Assembly: GCA_029262195.1 (NCBI GenBank)
Contig: JAJCZX010000014.1
Span: forward strand, 80,438 to 144,437
Direction: 5' to 3'
Origin: Gemmatimonadota bacterium
GTDB lineage: Bacteria; Gemmatimonadota; Gemmatimonadetes; Gemmatimonadales; GWC2-71-9
Length of the DNA: 64,000 bases
Shown here: positions 42,496 through 50,986 of the stretch, in pieces
Numbering within the stretch: position 1 is the first letter of the stretch
How the letters are laid out: each line of letters starts with the position of its first letter
Translations under genes and position numbers: made by a program
Notes under the pieces: generated by a model
Seen by the model: the letters and a program-made list of their open reading frames with translations, nothing else
What the model was told of the DNA's origin: nothing
The model's database searches: none

Positions 42496-43356
42496 CTATC
42501 TGCTGTAGACACCTACACTGTAGAAGCAGGGCTCTACCGAGCAGGAATACATCTTCACTTTGATCCTATAATCTCCGGTGCGGCGGGGGTTAACCGATAC
42601 AGTCGGAATGGCGTCGACAGAGACATCACTGTCAACTTCGTCGCCGTCTTCATCGTACAGGAAAAGGTCGAGATCGCCGCAGTCGTTATCGCATGCACCG
42701 AGGAACGTATAGGAGTCGCCACGGTAAAGTGTGACCCAGTGGCTCTCTTCTTCGCCGGAGTCCAGGGAACTATCGAACTGATCGTCGGTGGGGTCATAGC
42801 CGCGATCAGCAAGCATATCGTCATAAGCGTTGCGTAACGCCCTACGAACCTGGGCAGTGGGACTACTGCCGCCGGATGAGCTTCTATTGGCAGACGCAGA
42901 CCTCGAGCTTCCGGCTCTACGGTAAACCCCAAAAGCGTAGTAGCAGGGCTCTGTTTCGCAATTGTACATCCGGACTTTCACCCTGTACTCACCGGCCCTT
43001 CGAGGGCGAATCTCGAGGACGGGGACATCGTCGACCGAGACATCGCTATCGACTTCGTCTCCATCTTCGTCATAAATGTAGAGGTCGATATCATCACAAT
43101 CGTTGTCGCAAACGGCCACAATCGCGTACTCGCTTCCGCCGCGCAGATCAATCCAGACATCCTCAGTTTCGCTGGCATCGAGAGCGCCGGTAAAAACATC
43201 CATTTCGCGATAGCCCTCGTCAGCCAACGCGTCGGCGGAGGCGCCGAGGTACTCCTGGACCTGCCGCTCATATTCGTTTTGGGCTTGGGCAACATTGGCC
43301 CCGAGCGTGAAAACGAACAAAACGCACGCCAACGACCAAAGAATCTTCTTAAGCAT
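42496..43356 (-). CDS. Secreted protein with two tandem acidic, Cys-containing PPC-like beta domains
   Basis: Signal peptide (AQA-Q); duplicated CDNDC.D.DL..YDEDGDEVDSDVSVD..P.....P.R.G.YR.KV.MY.C..EPC.Y..GVY; Ser-rich linker. Confidence 0.75.
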   Translation of the reverse strand: MLKKILWSLACVLFVFTLGANVAQAQNEYERQVQEYLGASADALADEGYREMDVFTGALDASETEDVWIDLRGGSEYAIVAVCDNDCDDIDLYIYDEDGDEVDSDVSVDDVPVLEIRPRRAGEYRVKVRMYNCETEPCYYAFGVYRRAGSSRSASANRSSSGGSSPTAQVRRALRNAYDDMLADRGYDPTDDQFDSSLDSGEEESHWVTLYRGDSYTFLGACDNDCGDLDLFLYDEDGDEVDSDVSVDAIPTVSVNPRRTGDYRIKVKMYSCSVEPCFYSVGVYSR

Positions 43357-43589
43357 TTCTCACTCCCTGGAACAGTTCTAGAAATCCTATTGAATACCGG
43401 CCAGCCCGACAACGTTTTACCAAGGTGCGCGGAACCGGAGACTCAGTACGATAACACAGCAGTCTTAACTCTTGATCAAGTTAAGAAAAAACGCTATTGG
43501 GAGCAAATGTTCATCCGCTAAAGCCGGAAACCAACCCAAGCTTCACCATGACGGGATATGGTTTTCCCGTGGCAAATAGTGGGCCCTTC

Positions 43590-44432
43590 TTAGTTTTCAA
43601 CCAGGAGAAACAGGTTCCCTGAGACTGTGTTTATCTCCAGATCGCGCCCACCTTCACCGATGGTGCCCCTCAAGGAACCGGAGGAGAATCCAGATCGTCG
43701 GCGAATGGTAATCGGAAAATCGGATTCCATGTCGCCGGTAACTGAGCGAAAGCTCACATCGGCGTCCAGTTCCTCTGGTACGTAGACGCTGACATCACCG
43801 CTGACCGTCGAGAACGACAACTCTCCAGACCAGTCGGTGCGTCCCAGGTGTGCTTCGATCGAACCGCTAACCGTGGTGGCCTCAGCAATGCCAGTGGTGG
43901 AGACAAATACGTCCCCTGAAACTGAGTTACCAGAGACTTCTCCGGTCAAGTTTTCTATTGTAACATCGCCAGAAACGGTCGAGGCTCGAAGGTTTACTCC
44001 AGCGGGAATCCGGATTTCAAAATCAACGTCGACGTCGATGTCTCCGGAGTGGGAACTATTGGATCCGTGTCTGCAGGGGCCGTTTCGATCCGAACCTGAT
44101 CTATCTCGGCGACCACGATTGCGTTGCGGATAAATGACACAGACGGTAATTCCATCGGATTCTTCAACAAGTTCGATTTCAACAAGGTCGAAATTCCGAC
44201 TCCGGCCCGATTTTACAGCCGAAATCACAACCTCCGAACCCGGCGCCGGTTCAGCAGCAATAAATCCCGTGATATTACGAATTTCTACCCAATCCCCGCG
44301 GTCAACTGATCCAGACCAATTGAATTCGTCATCCTGCGCCTCTGCGACATTCGGAATGCTCGCGGCTATGGCAACAATCGAAGCAAATGCTATTGATTTC
44401 AACTCAACCCTCTCGGTAATTGTGGTTTGCAC
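43590..44432 (-). CDS. DUF4097/adhesin-like beta-strand repeat secreted protein
   Basis: Signal peptide (AEA-Q); repeated (S/T)VSG(D/S/N)V/I units; GTIGEGG. Confidence 0.8.
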   Translation of the reverse strand: MQTTITERVELKSIAFASIVAIAASIPNVAEAQDDEFNWSGSVDRGDWVEIRNITGFIAAEPAPGSEVVISAVKSGRSRNFDLVEIELVEESDGITVCVIYPQRNRGRRDRSGSDRNGPCRHGSNSSHSGDIDVDVDFEIRIPAGVNLRASTVSGDVTIENLTGEVSGNSVSGDVFVSTTGIAEATTVSGSIEAHLGRTDWSGELSFSTVSGDVSVYVPEELDADVSFRSVTGDMESDFPITIRRRSGFSSGSLRGTIGEGGRDLEINTVSGNLFLLVEN

Positions 44433-44441
44433 TTTTGTCCT

Positions 44442-44471
44442 TTAGACGGCTGACGGAGCCGTAAGGTTGAA
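44442..44471 (-). promoter_or_regulatory. ECF-type promoter of the DUF4097 gene
   Basis: TTCAACC-17 bp-GTCTAA, same spacing as the motifs at 49737 and 50982. Confidence 0.55.
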
Positions 44472-44575
44472 AACCAGGGAATGCTCAGAGAGGTCCAGAG
44501 GCTTCCCCGGAGGAAGCTCAAAGGTTAATCATCACCTAACCCCTTGCGCACCAACAGGTTAACTTCATATGGCCG

Positions 44576-44941
44576 CTACTCGTCGTCTCTGTTGACAGTG
44601 TGCGGCGAAAAGGCGGGGAGGCAAATGGCTACGTATTCGGCTCCACCATCTTCGGGTGACGAATACCGGACCCAATCGCCCGGGGAAGTCATGATGGCCT
44701 GGCCAGCCCTGACATCGAAACTCTCTGCCCGGGTCTCGACTCGCAGCATACCTCCGAGAACTACCGTGATCTCGTCAAACTCCGGGGTTTGCCCGGGCTC
44801 CACCCATCCGGCGGGGCTTTTCATGCGAGCCACGCTGACATTAGAATTTCCCGAGTTCACCATTCCCACAAACTCTTCGATGATTTTCGGGGGTTCACCG
44901 GCAGCGGGGATGACAGTGGGGGTTTCGATCAACCTTGCCAT
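44576..44941 (-). CDS. Cupin domain protein (EutQ-like)
   Basis: GWVEPGQTPEFDEITVVLGG, VRAGQA, PAFSP. Confidence 0.8.
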   Translation of the reverse strand: MARLIETPTVIPAAGEPPKIIEEFVGMVNSGNSNVSVARMKSPAGWVEPGQTPEFDEITVVLGGMLRVETRAESFDVRAGQAIMTSPGDWVRYSSPEDGGAEYVAICLPAFSPHTVNRDDE

Positions 44942-45027
44942 GATTCACTCTCTATAATGGTGATGAATTTGAGGACGACTCGACGGAGCCGTGCACTTCC
45001 CAACCTTGCACATTACGTCAATTTTGG

Positions 45028-45741
45028 ATGATGGGAAACATCAAAATAGTCGCCTTCGACGCTGACGATACACTATGGCACAACGAGCCGATCTTCATTT
45101 CCACCCGGCAGATCTACGTCGACATGCTCTCACGGTATCATGACCAGGCATGGATCGAGTCGCGGTTGAACGACACGGAGATGAAAAACCTGAGGCATTT
45201 CGGCTATGGTGTGAAGAGTTTCGTACTCTCGATGATCGAAACAGCGATCGAACTTACGGAAGGACGCATTGAGGCGGAGAGTATCAGTCGTATCGTAGGG
45301 ATGGGCAAAGAAATGATTGTGCACCCTACTGAGCTACTTCCCGGGGTGGAGCAAACTGTGTCCGAGATGTCGCGTAACTACCGGCTGATGATCGCCACAA
45401 AAGGTGACCTTTTCGACCAGGAATCCAAAATAGCGAGGTCAGGATTGGGAGACCATTTCACCAACGTTGAAGTGATGTCAGATAAGAAAACGGCTGTGTA
45501 TTCAAAGTTGTTGGACCGTTACGAACTGTTGCCGGAGCAGTTCGTAATGATCGGAAACTCCTTGAAATCAGACATCATTCCGATTTGCGAGTTGGGCGGG
45601 CACGCCATCTTGGTCCCCTACGACACTACGTGGGAGCATGAGAATGTGTCCGAAGATGTCGCCGCCAGGTTCAACTATGCCACCGCGGATTCCATAGGCG
45701 AAGTGCCGGACCTCGTAGCTGCCATCGACTCGGCTGGCTAG
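45028..45741 (+). CDS. HAD-superfamily hydrolase
   Basis: FDADDTLW, TKGD, MIGNSLKSDI. Confidence 0.9.
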   Translation: MMGNIKIVAFDADDTLWHNEPIFISTRQIYVDMLSRYHDQAWIESRLNDTEMKNLRHFGYGVKSFVLSMIETAIELTEGRIEAESISRIVGMGKEMIVHPTELLPGVEQTVSEMSRNYRLMIATKGDLFDQESKIARSGLGDHFTNVEVMSDKKTAVYSKLLDRYELLPEQFVMIGNSLKSDIIPICELGGHAILVPYDTTWEHENVSEDVAARFNYATADSIGEVPDLVAAIDSAG

Positions 45742-45757
45742 GAGTTCCGGCAAGGTC

Positions 45758-46483
45758 TTAAATCAGGTTGCGCTCAAGAAAATCATCGATCAGCATCCAC
45801 GATACCCGGGTTGCTACTGGATCGAGGTTGGAACCTCCGTTCCAGAGAGGTTGGGCAAAGCCATGTCCGCCGTTGGGATAAACATAAACCTCCGCAGCCT
45901 TCTCGACCGTTACGAGGGTTTGTTGAACTGACTCAACAGAACCCATAGCCCACCCGTCCACCGATCCCGAGATCAGGAGCACGTTGGCTGGCATCTGGGT
46001 CAAACGAGTCGGATCCACCTGTTCGAGGTTCCCCCCGTATACGCCAACCATTGCGCGCACCTCATGGTTCAAAGCGGCAGCGCGCAAAGCGGGCAACGCG
46101 CCGGCACTGAACCCGACAACTGCCACCGGTCGATCGTCGGACGAAACGTACGCCAAGGCGGCGGCGATAACCTGCTGAGCCGCGTCTTGATCAAGGCCAC
46201 CGAGCAGTTGACCGGCCGTTTGATGATCCGTAGCAGATTCACCACCATAGAGGTCAACTGCCACCGTTCTGTAACCCATCGAACCAAGCCGGCGCACGGT
46301 CGCTTTAGTCATATCGCTGATCCCAAACCAGTCGTGCACGACAATGACTGAGGCAGCGGCATTCTCGGGTCCCGCTACGAAGGCGCGGCTTCCCCCGATG
46401 CTCGTGAGTTGCTGGGCTGAAACCGGAACGGCAAGCCCCAATACGACTAATGAAAAAAGAACGGACAGTGAAAACTTTTTCAT
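45758..46483 (-). CDS. Dienelactone hydrolase family protein (secreted)
   Basis: VVHDWFG, AVDLYGG, GFSAG nucleophile, GHGF; signal peptide. Confidence 0.85.
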   Translation of the reverse strand: MKKFSLSVLFSLVVLGLAVPVSAQQLTSIGGSRAFVAGPENAAASVIVVHDWFGISDMTKATVRRLGSMGYRTVAVDLYGGESATDHQTAGQLLGGLDQDAAQQVIAAALAYVSSDDRPVAVVGFSAGALPALRAAALNHEVRAMVGVYGGNLEQVDPTRLTQMPANVLLISGSVDGWAMGSVESVQQTLVTVEKAAEVYVYPNGGHGFAQPLWNGGSNLDPVATRVSWMLIDDFLERNLI

Positions 46484-46558
46484 TGCGACTCTTCGGGAAT
46501 AGGTTTTGTTTCACCAAAGAACCCCGCACCTCCCGAAAAAGTTTCCCCGTTCACCCCA

Positions 46559-47140
46559 TCATCGGGTGTCACCCACGCCCCATTTGGAAACAGGTTGCGG
46601 CTTAAATGTCTCCAGAAAATCTAATATATCGCGCGGCGAGCGAGAAAGCCGCAAAAATTCGCGATGTTCTGGCTTCACAAATCCTTCGGCTACGGCATGG
46701 TCCAACATCGCAGCCAGTGGATCGAAGTATTTTTCGACATTCAACAAACCGTATGGTTTGGAGTGATAACCCAACTGTCCCCACGTGTATACCTCAAAGA
46801 ATTCTTCGAACGTGCCGATTCCTCCGGGGAGCGCTACGAAGCCATCTGACATGTCGGCCATAAGGGCCTTTCGTTCATGCATTGTGTTGACGACATGCAA
46901 CTCGGTGAGGCTTTCGTGGGCCACTTCCCTCTCAACCATCGCTTCGGGAATCACTCCGTATGCCTTTCCCCCCGCTTCAAGGCATGCATCGGCGAGCACG
47001 CCCATGAGCCCGACATGGGAGCCGCCGTACACCAATGCCATCCCGCGACTCGCAATAAGGGTCCCCAATTCACCTGCAGCTTCTTTATATCCGGGTCGGA
47101 AGCCTTCGCTCGACCCGCAAAAAACGCAAACCGTTTTCAT
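46559..47140 (-). CDS. LOG family nucleotide phosphoribohydrolase (TIGR00730)
   Basis: VCVFCGSS, YGG..GLMG, MHERK, PGGIGTFEE. Confidence 0.92.
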   Translation of the reverse strand: MKTVCVFCGSSEGFRPGYKEAAGELGTLIASRGMALVYGGSHVGLMGVLADACLEAGGKAYGVIPEAMVEREVAHESLTELHVVNTMHERKALMADMSDGFVALPGGIGTFEEFFEVYTWGQLGYHSKPYGLLNVEKYFDPLAAMLDHAVAEGFVKPEHREFLRLSRSPRDILDFLETFKPQPVSKWGVGDTR

Positions 47141-47841
47141 TTGTCAGCCAACTCCATAAATGCCTGTCCCATGGCGGGGCCGGTTGCTTCGTCTTCGTGT
47201 TTGAAGAAAACGTAGGCCTCCCCCCAATCCTGTGATCTTATTTTGTCTGCCCAGGCTGCAAGCTCGTCGGAAGTGTAGTCCTGACCTCTGAGCCGTAGGT
47301 AACCGAAATCAGCCGTTGGTTCCAGGTCGGCTTCAACTTTCGAATCTTCAGCGTCCACATGGACGAGGCAAACGTTCCGCTCCCTCAGGAAATCGTAAAC
47401 CTCGCCAACGAACCACGACTGATTCCGGAATTCCATTGCAATCCGCCAGCGCCGTGGAAATTGACCGAGAAAGTTGTTCAAACGAACGAGGTCCTTCTGG
47501 GAATAGGGGGGTAACTGGACGAGAGTCGGGCCAAGTCGCTCACCAAGCACAGCTGAGGTCCGCACAAAATAGTCGGTCGAATCAGGTTCCTCATCGAACG
47601 CCTTCCGATGGGTAATACGTTTGGACGTTTTCAGGACAAATTTGAAGTTTTCTGGAACTTGCTCGGTCCACTGCAACAACACACTTTCCTTCGGCATGCG
47701 GTAAAACGTGCTGTTGATTTCTACACACCCGAAATTTTCCGCGTAGTAGGAGAGGAATTGTTTTTGCGGCAATTTCTCCGGATAGAATTTTCCCTTCCAC
47801 TCCTTATATGCGAAACCGGAGGTGCCGGTGTGTATTTTCAC
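47137..47841 (-). CDS. DUF72 (YecE-like) protein
   Basis: GTSGFAYKEW, VEINSTFYR, QLPP, EFRNQSW, YLRLRG; GTG start overlapping the upstream stop. Confidence 0.9.
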   Translation of the reverse strand: MKIHTGTSGFAYKEWKGKFYPEKLPQKQFLSYYAENFGCVEINSTFYRMPKESVLLQWTEQVPENFKFVLKTSKRITHRKAFDEEPDSTDYFVRTSAVLGERLGPTLVQLPPYSQKDLVRLNNFLGQFPRRWRIAMEFRNQSWFVGEVYDFLRERNVCLVHVDAEDSKVEADLEPTADFGYLRLRGQDYTSDELAAWADKIRSQDWGEAYVFFKHEDEATGPAMGQAFMELADK

Positions 47842-48455
47842 TATAAGTATCCCTTGTCTTCCTTCATTGTCGTTTCCGAACGCCAACCAATATCCACCCG
47901 CTGTACCGGAGTGTCGCGCGAGTCCCGCGCCGCCCAGTAGTCCTCTATGAACCAGACTACCATCTCGGACACGCGCCCACCAAGTTGCGATAGATTCTGG
48001 TTACCAATCGACCCCAGGATACTCCCCGCCGACCAGGTTGGGGAATGCACGATTTTGGTCGTGTCTCGAGTCAATAAAGACATCTGCCGTAGCTCCAGCG
48101 TCATCCGGTAGATACTGAGGAACTGTGACACGCGGTTTAACTCGAACTTTACGACAAGTGACGGATTACCAATTAGCACCTGCCACTCTGGTTGTGCGAG
48201 GGTCGGAATGTTAGCCGCTGCGAGTTGTTCCTCGACAGTTTTTACGATCGAATCCGGGACCAACCCATCAGCGATGGCCGCGCTATCAATCCCTTCAACC
48301 TCGACGAAAACAGCCGGCACCGCAGCGAGACTCTTCGTGCTCATAGATGACCGCTGAGCGGAAACCTCCTGAGCAACGGCTGATTGCAATAATAGAGCCG
48401 CAAAAATAATTCCCAAATAGTCGAATCTGCCGGACGGGTAGCCTCTCTGGTTCAT
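47841..48455 (-). CDS. Hypothetical exported protein
   Basis: Hydrophobic N-terminal signal (AVA-Q); stop overlaps the DUF72 start; start uncertain. Confidence 0.6.
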   Translation of the reverse strand: MNQRGYPSGRFDYLGIIFAALLLQSAVAQEVSAQRSSMSTKSLAAVPAVFVEVEGIDSAAIADGLVPDSIVKTVEEQLAAANIPTLAQPEWQVLIGNPSLVVKFELNRVSQFLSIYRMTLELRQMSLLTRDTTKIVHSPTWSAGSILGSIGNQNLSQLGGRVSEMVVWFIEDYWAARDSRDTPVQRVDIGWRSETTMKEDKGYL

Positions 48456-48503
48456 TCTTAATTCTAAACTCCGCATTCTCAAATCGGCATTCTGTCGTTT
48501 ATC

Positions 48504-49106
48504 TTGAGGGTATACACAACCCACAGCCAATTGAATCCAAACACACCCGAAAACCCACTCGGCCTACCAGAGGAACCGTCGAGTCCTGTTGCGATAGTCG
48601 CCACCCAGGAACACCTGCAACTTCGGATATCCGAAACCGAAGACGAACGCACCCCTGAAGGGGCGACCTGCATGGTGACCTCCCTGGGGGACCGCACCAT
48701 CGCTCAGAGTATCGTGTCTCCCGAAGCGCTCCAGGACCTCGAAAACCGTGCCGTGTTCGAAGATCCACGCCAATTAGGTCTCGCAGCGGTTGCACAGGAA
48801 CCGGGGATTCAGGCGCGACTTTTTGCCTTGATTCCAGCGATTATCTTGAGGTCCGAGATCGAAGATGATGAAGAGAAGGAACCCTGGGCCTCTAGCGTCC
48901 CGAGCTTCGAGGAAGAACAAGAAAGAGCAGACATTGACCCAGACGAGCTTGTCCCCATTCTCCTTGGTCACATCGTCAGGTTCGAGAAAGACAGAAAGCA
49001 CCCCGAAGATCTTCCGTCAGAAGCAGCCGACATTCTCCAGTCCGTGGTTTCGGAGGAAAACCAGTTGAAGACGATTGTGGACAAAATGCTAGAGGATCTC
49101 TTTTAA
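48504..49106 (+). CDS. Hypothetical acidic cytoplasmic protein
   Basis: 200-aa ORF with protein-like composition, divergent from the previous operon. Confidence 0.65.
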   Translation: MRVYTTHSQLNPNTPENPLGLPEEPSSPVAIVATQEHLQLRISETEDERTPEGATCMVTSLGDRTIAQSIVSPEALQDLENRAVFEDPRQLGLAAVAQEPGIQARLFALIPAIILRSEIEDDEEKEPWASSVPSFEEEQERADIDPDELVPILLGHIVRFEKDRKHPEDLPSEAADILQSVVSEENQLKTIVDKMLEDLF

Positions 49107-49191
49107 ACCCCACCGTTTCGACCGATCGGTTTTCCACGCCGTGGAAAACTTACCCACGCCTTTTTATCCACAAATCAACATTCGTGGATAA
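49076..49191. promoter_or_regulatory. Cluster of DnaA-box-like 9-mers
   Basis: TTATCCACA (49164-72, perfect); TTATCCACG (rev 49183-91); TTTTCCACG (49130-38 and rev 49140-48); TTACCCACG (49150-58); TTGTCCACA (rev 49076-84). Confidence 0.7.
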
Positions 49192-49275
49192 ACCCGTTTT
49201 GTCCCTAAATAATAGGGCATACAGTCCACCCGACAATTCAACACAACAGCAACGGGACCGAAAAAACAGCGGCGC

Positions 49276-49303
49276 TTGCGTGTGCTGCTCCGGCCTCTAA
49301 GTT
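49276..49303 (+). promoter_or_regulatory. sigma70-like promoter for the candidate ncRNA
   Basis: TTGCGT-16 bp-TAAGTT. Confidence 0.5.
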
Positions 49304-49310
49304 GATAATC

Positions 49311-49728
49311 AAAGCGTTGGTCTTGGGAAGGACACGGTTTCAACCGGGTTACGCCAAAGCCAACGGGTTCAGGTGGGGAATTCCGGTTAGAACGCCGAGA
49401 ATTTAGGGCTCAGGTGTTCTGAGATCCGGGTGGCCACACCAGCCTGAGCAGATGGGGATTTTCGCAATCCCTGTCCATCCGGGGCCAGCGTTCCGGGATG
49501 CAGTGCGGGAAGACATCGCGAAAATGTCCAGACCCGCAGCGCCTTCGCCGGTGAAACAGATGACCGTGGCCCGGTTTTCTGCGGATGGAGGCCGGAGCTT
49601 CTGTTAGCCCTACCTGGACACATGTCAGGCGGCTACAGGGAGAAGAACGATGGGAGCGATCCCTCGGCTCCGGGTAACTGGTGAACGGGACGGTCGGCGG
49701 TTCTCTGGAACCGGCGACCGTTCTTTTT
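49311..49728 (+). ncRNA. Candidate large structured non-coding RNA (~420 nt), family unassigned
   Basis: About ten consecutive or nested helices with G-U pairs on the + strand, a GCGA tetraloop, an upstream promoter and a terminal terminator; no credible ORF. Confidence 0.6.
49687..49728 (+). terminator. Intrinsic terminator
   Basis: GGGACGGTCGGCGGTTC-TCTG-GAACCGGCGACCGTTCT followed by a T-tract. Confidence 0.8.
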
Positions 49729-49736
49729 CCGCCGAT

Positions 49737-49766
49737 TGTAACCACGCCTGGTATTCCCCGGTCTAA
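49737..49766 (+). promoter_or_regulatory. ECF-type (autoregulatory) promoter
   Basis: TGTAACC-N11-TCCCC-G-GTCTAA upstream of the ECF sigma; near-identical architecture at 50982. Confidence 0.7.
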
Positions 49767-49793
49767 CACGCGTAATGACTTTCGGGAGAACAT

Positions 49794-50336
49794 TTGAGCC
49801 ACAGAACTGATGAGCAGCTCGTCGTCGCAGTAGGAAAAGGCGACAAAGGTGCTCTTGGTATCCTATATGAGCGGCACCACCGGCGGGTTCATTCGTTGTG
49901 CTACAGGATGTCCGGCGACCCGGCAACTGCAGACGATCTCCTTCAAGAAACCTTCCTGAAGGTCCTGCGCCACGGGCGCGGATTCAAGTCGAAAGCAACG
50001 TTCACGACCTGGCTCTATCGCGTGACGCGGAATGTCTGCCTTGATCATCTGAACGCCGAAACCAGAAAACAGGAGCGCGCCGCCGAGTTAAGCCAGGCGG
50101 TGGAAATCGACATGCAGGTGCCCACAGCGAACCCCAATCTGGAAAAAATCCGAGAAGCTCTTTATCGATTGCCTCCGGACAAACGTGAGATACTCGTCCT
50201 GAGCCGTTACGAAGGTCTCAGTTACAAAGAGATAGCGGAGGTTTGTAGCACCACGGTCGGAGCAATAAAAGTACGAGCACATCGAGCCATCAGAGAACTA
50301 CGTAGAAATTATGAAGAGTTGGAGAATCTCACATGA
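49794..50336 (+). CDS. ECF RNA polymerase sigma factor
   Basis: ADDLLQETF, FTTWLYRVTRN, region 4 HTH GLSYKEIAE...GAIKVRAHRA; GGAG RBS before TTG. Confidence 0.93.
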   Translation: MSHRTDEQLVVAVGKGDKGALGILYERHHRRVHSLCYRMSGDPATADDLLQETFLKVLRHGRGFKSKATFTTWLYRVTRNVCLDHLNAETRKQERAAELSQAVEIDMQVPTANPNLEKIREALYRLPPDKREILVLSRYEGLSYKEIAEVCSTTVGAIKVRAHRAIRELRRNYEELENLT

Positions 50337-50986
50337 AATGTGAAAACGTACAGGACCTTATCGCAGATTCTTTGATGGATACGCTGCCCGCCGAAGAACA
50401 GCGCGATTTGGACTCCCACATCGCGACTTGTTCGGTCTGCGCCGAAGAGCTTTCGAAACTAACCCAACTCTGGTCAGGTCTGGCCGAGTTGCCGGCACCG
50501 CCAGTCCCGGCTGACTCCGCATTGAGGTTGGGCAAACACACAAACCCCGACCGAAGCTCGGCGACGACCCATTTGAAAAAAGCAGCCGGACTGGTCGGCC
50601 TTTTGTTGTTAAGCGGAGGCTATGGGTATCAGATGGGGGTGCGGCGAACGGGTCCTCCAGCAAACTCGGAAGGCACGTTCATAATGCTGGTCCGGGGTGA
50701 AGAGCAGAACCTAAGGGCTTCCGAAGAAACCCTCATGCAGGAGTATTCTGCCTGGGCGAACTCCCTGGCGGAACGCGGATTGTTTGCGGGAGGGGAAAAG
50801 CTCACGGATGAACCGGGGAGATGGGTTGCGTCAGCCACGGCGGGCGAGACCAGATCATCATCGGACATCTCGGGCTACTTCTTGATCACAGCTCGAAACT
50901 ACGATGAAGCGGTGGCCATCGCTAACGAGTCGCCGCATATCCGATACGGGGGGTCGTTCGAGATACGACAAATCGACGACCTGTAA
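50333..50986 (+). CDS. Anti-sigma factor: zf-HC2 (ZAS) + TM + YCII/DGPF-like domain
   Basis: HIATCSVC (HxxxCxxC); TM AAGLVGLLLLSGG; C-terminal GGEKL...ISGYFLITARNYDEAVAIA...GSFEIRQI. Confidence 0.8.
   Translation: MKCENVQDLIADSLMDTLPAEEQRDLDSHIATCSVCAEELSKLTQLWSGLAELPAPPVPADSALRLGKHTNPDRSSATTHLKKAAGLVGLLLLSGGYGYQMGVRRTGPPANSEGTFIMLVRGEEQNLRASEETLMQEYSAWANSLAERGLFAGGEKLTDEPGRWVASATAGETRSSSDISGYFLITARNYDEAVAIANESPHIRYGGSFEIRQIDDL

Noticed and set aside
30937-42837. Long antisense ORFs (30937-31791, 34172-34978, 41839-42837)
   Set aside because: They lie opposite well-conserved housekeeping genes, which is typical of GC-rich codon bias
49370-49540. Cobalamin or TPP riboswitch (GGGAATTCCGGTTAGAA, GGGAAG, CTGAGA)
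   Set aside because: Only isolated fragments match; the B12 box, GCCACTG and the TPP core are missing; cmscan is needed for a final call
49620-49650. SRP RNA (CATGTCAGG resembles helix 8)
   Set aside because: No GGAA tetraloop or AGCAG partner strand follows
49387-49926. Minus-strand ORFs 49387-49623, 49410-49802 and 49633-49926
   Set aside because: Arg/Pro/Ser-rich, no motifs, and they overlap a + strand promoter/terminator unit and the sigma gene
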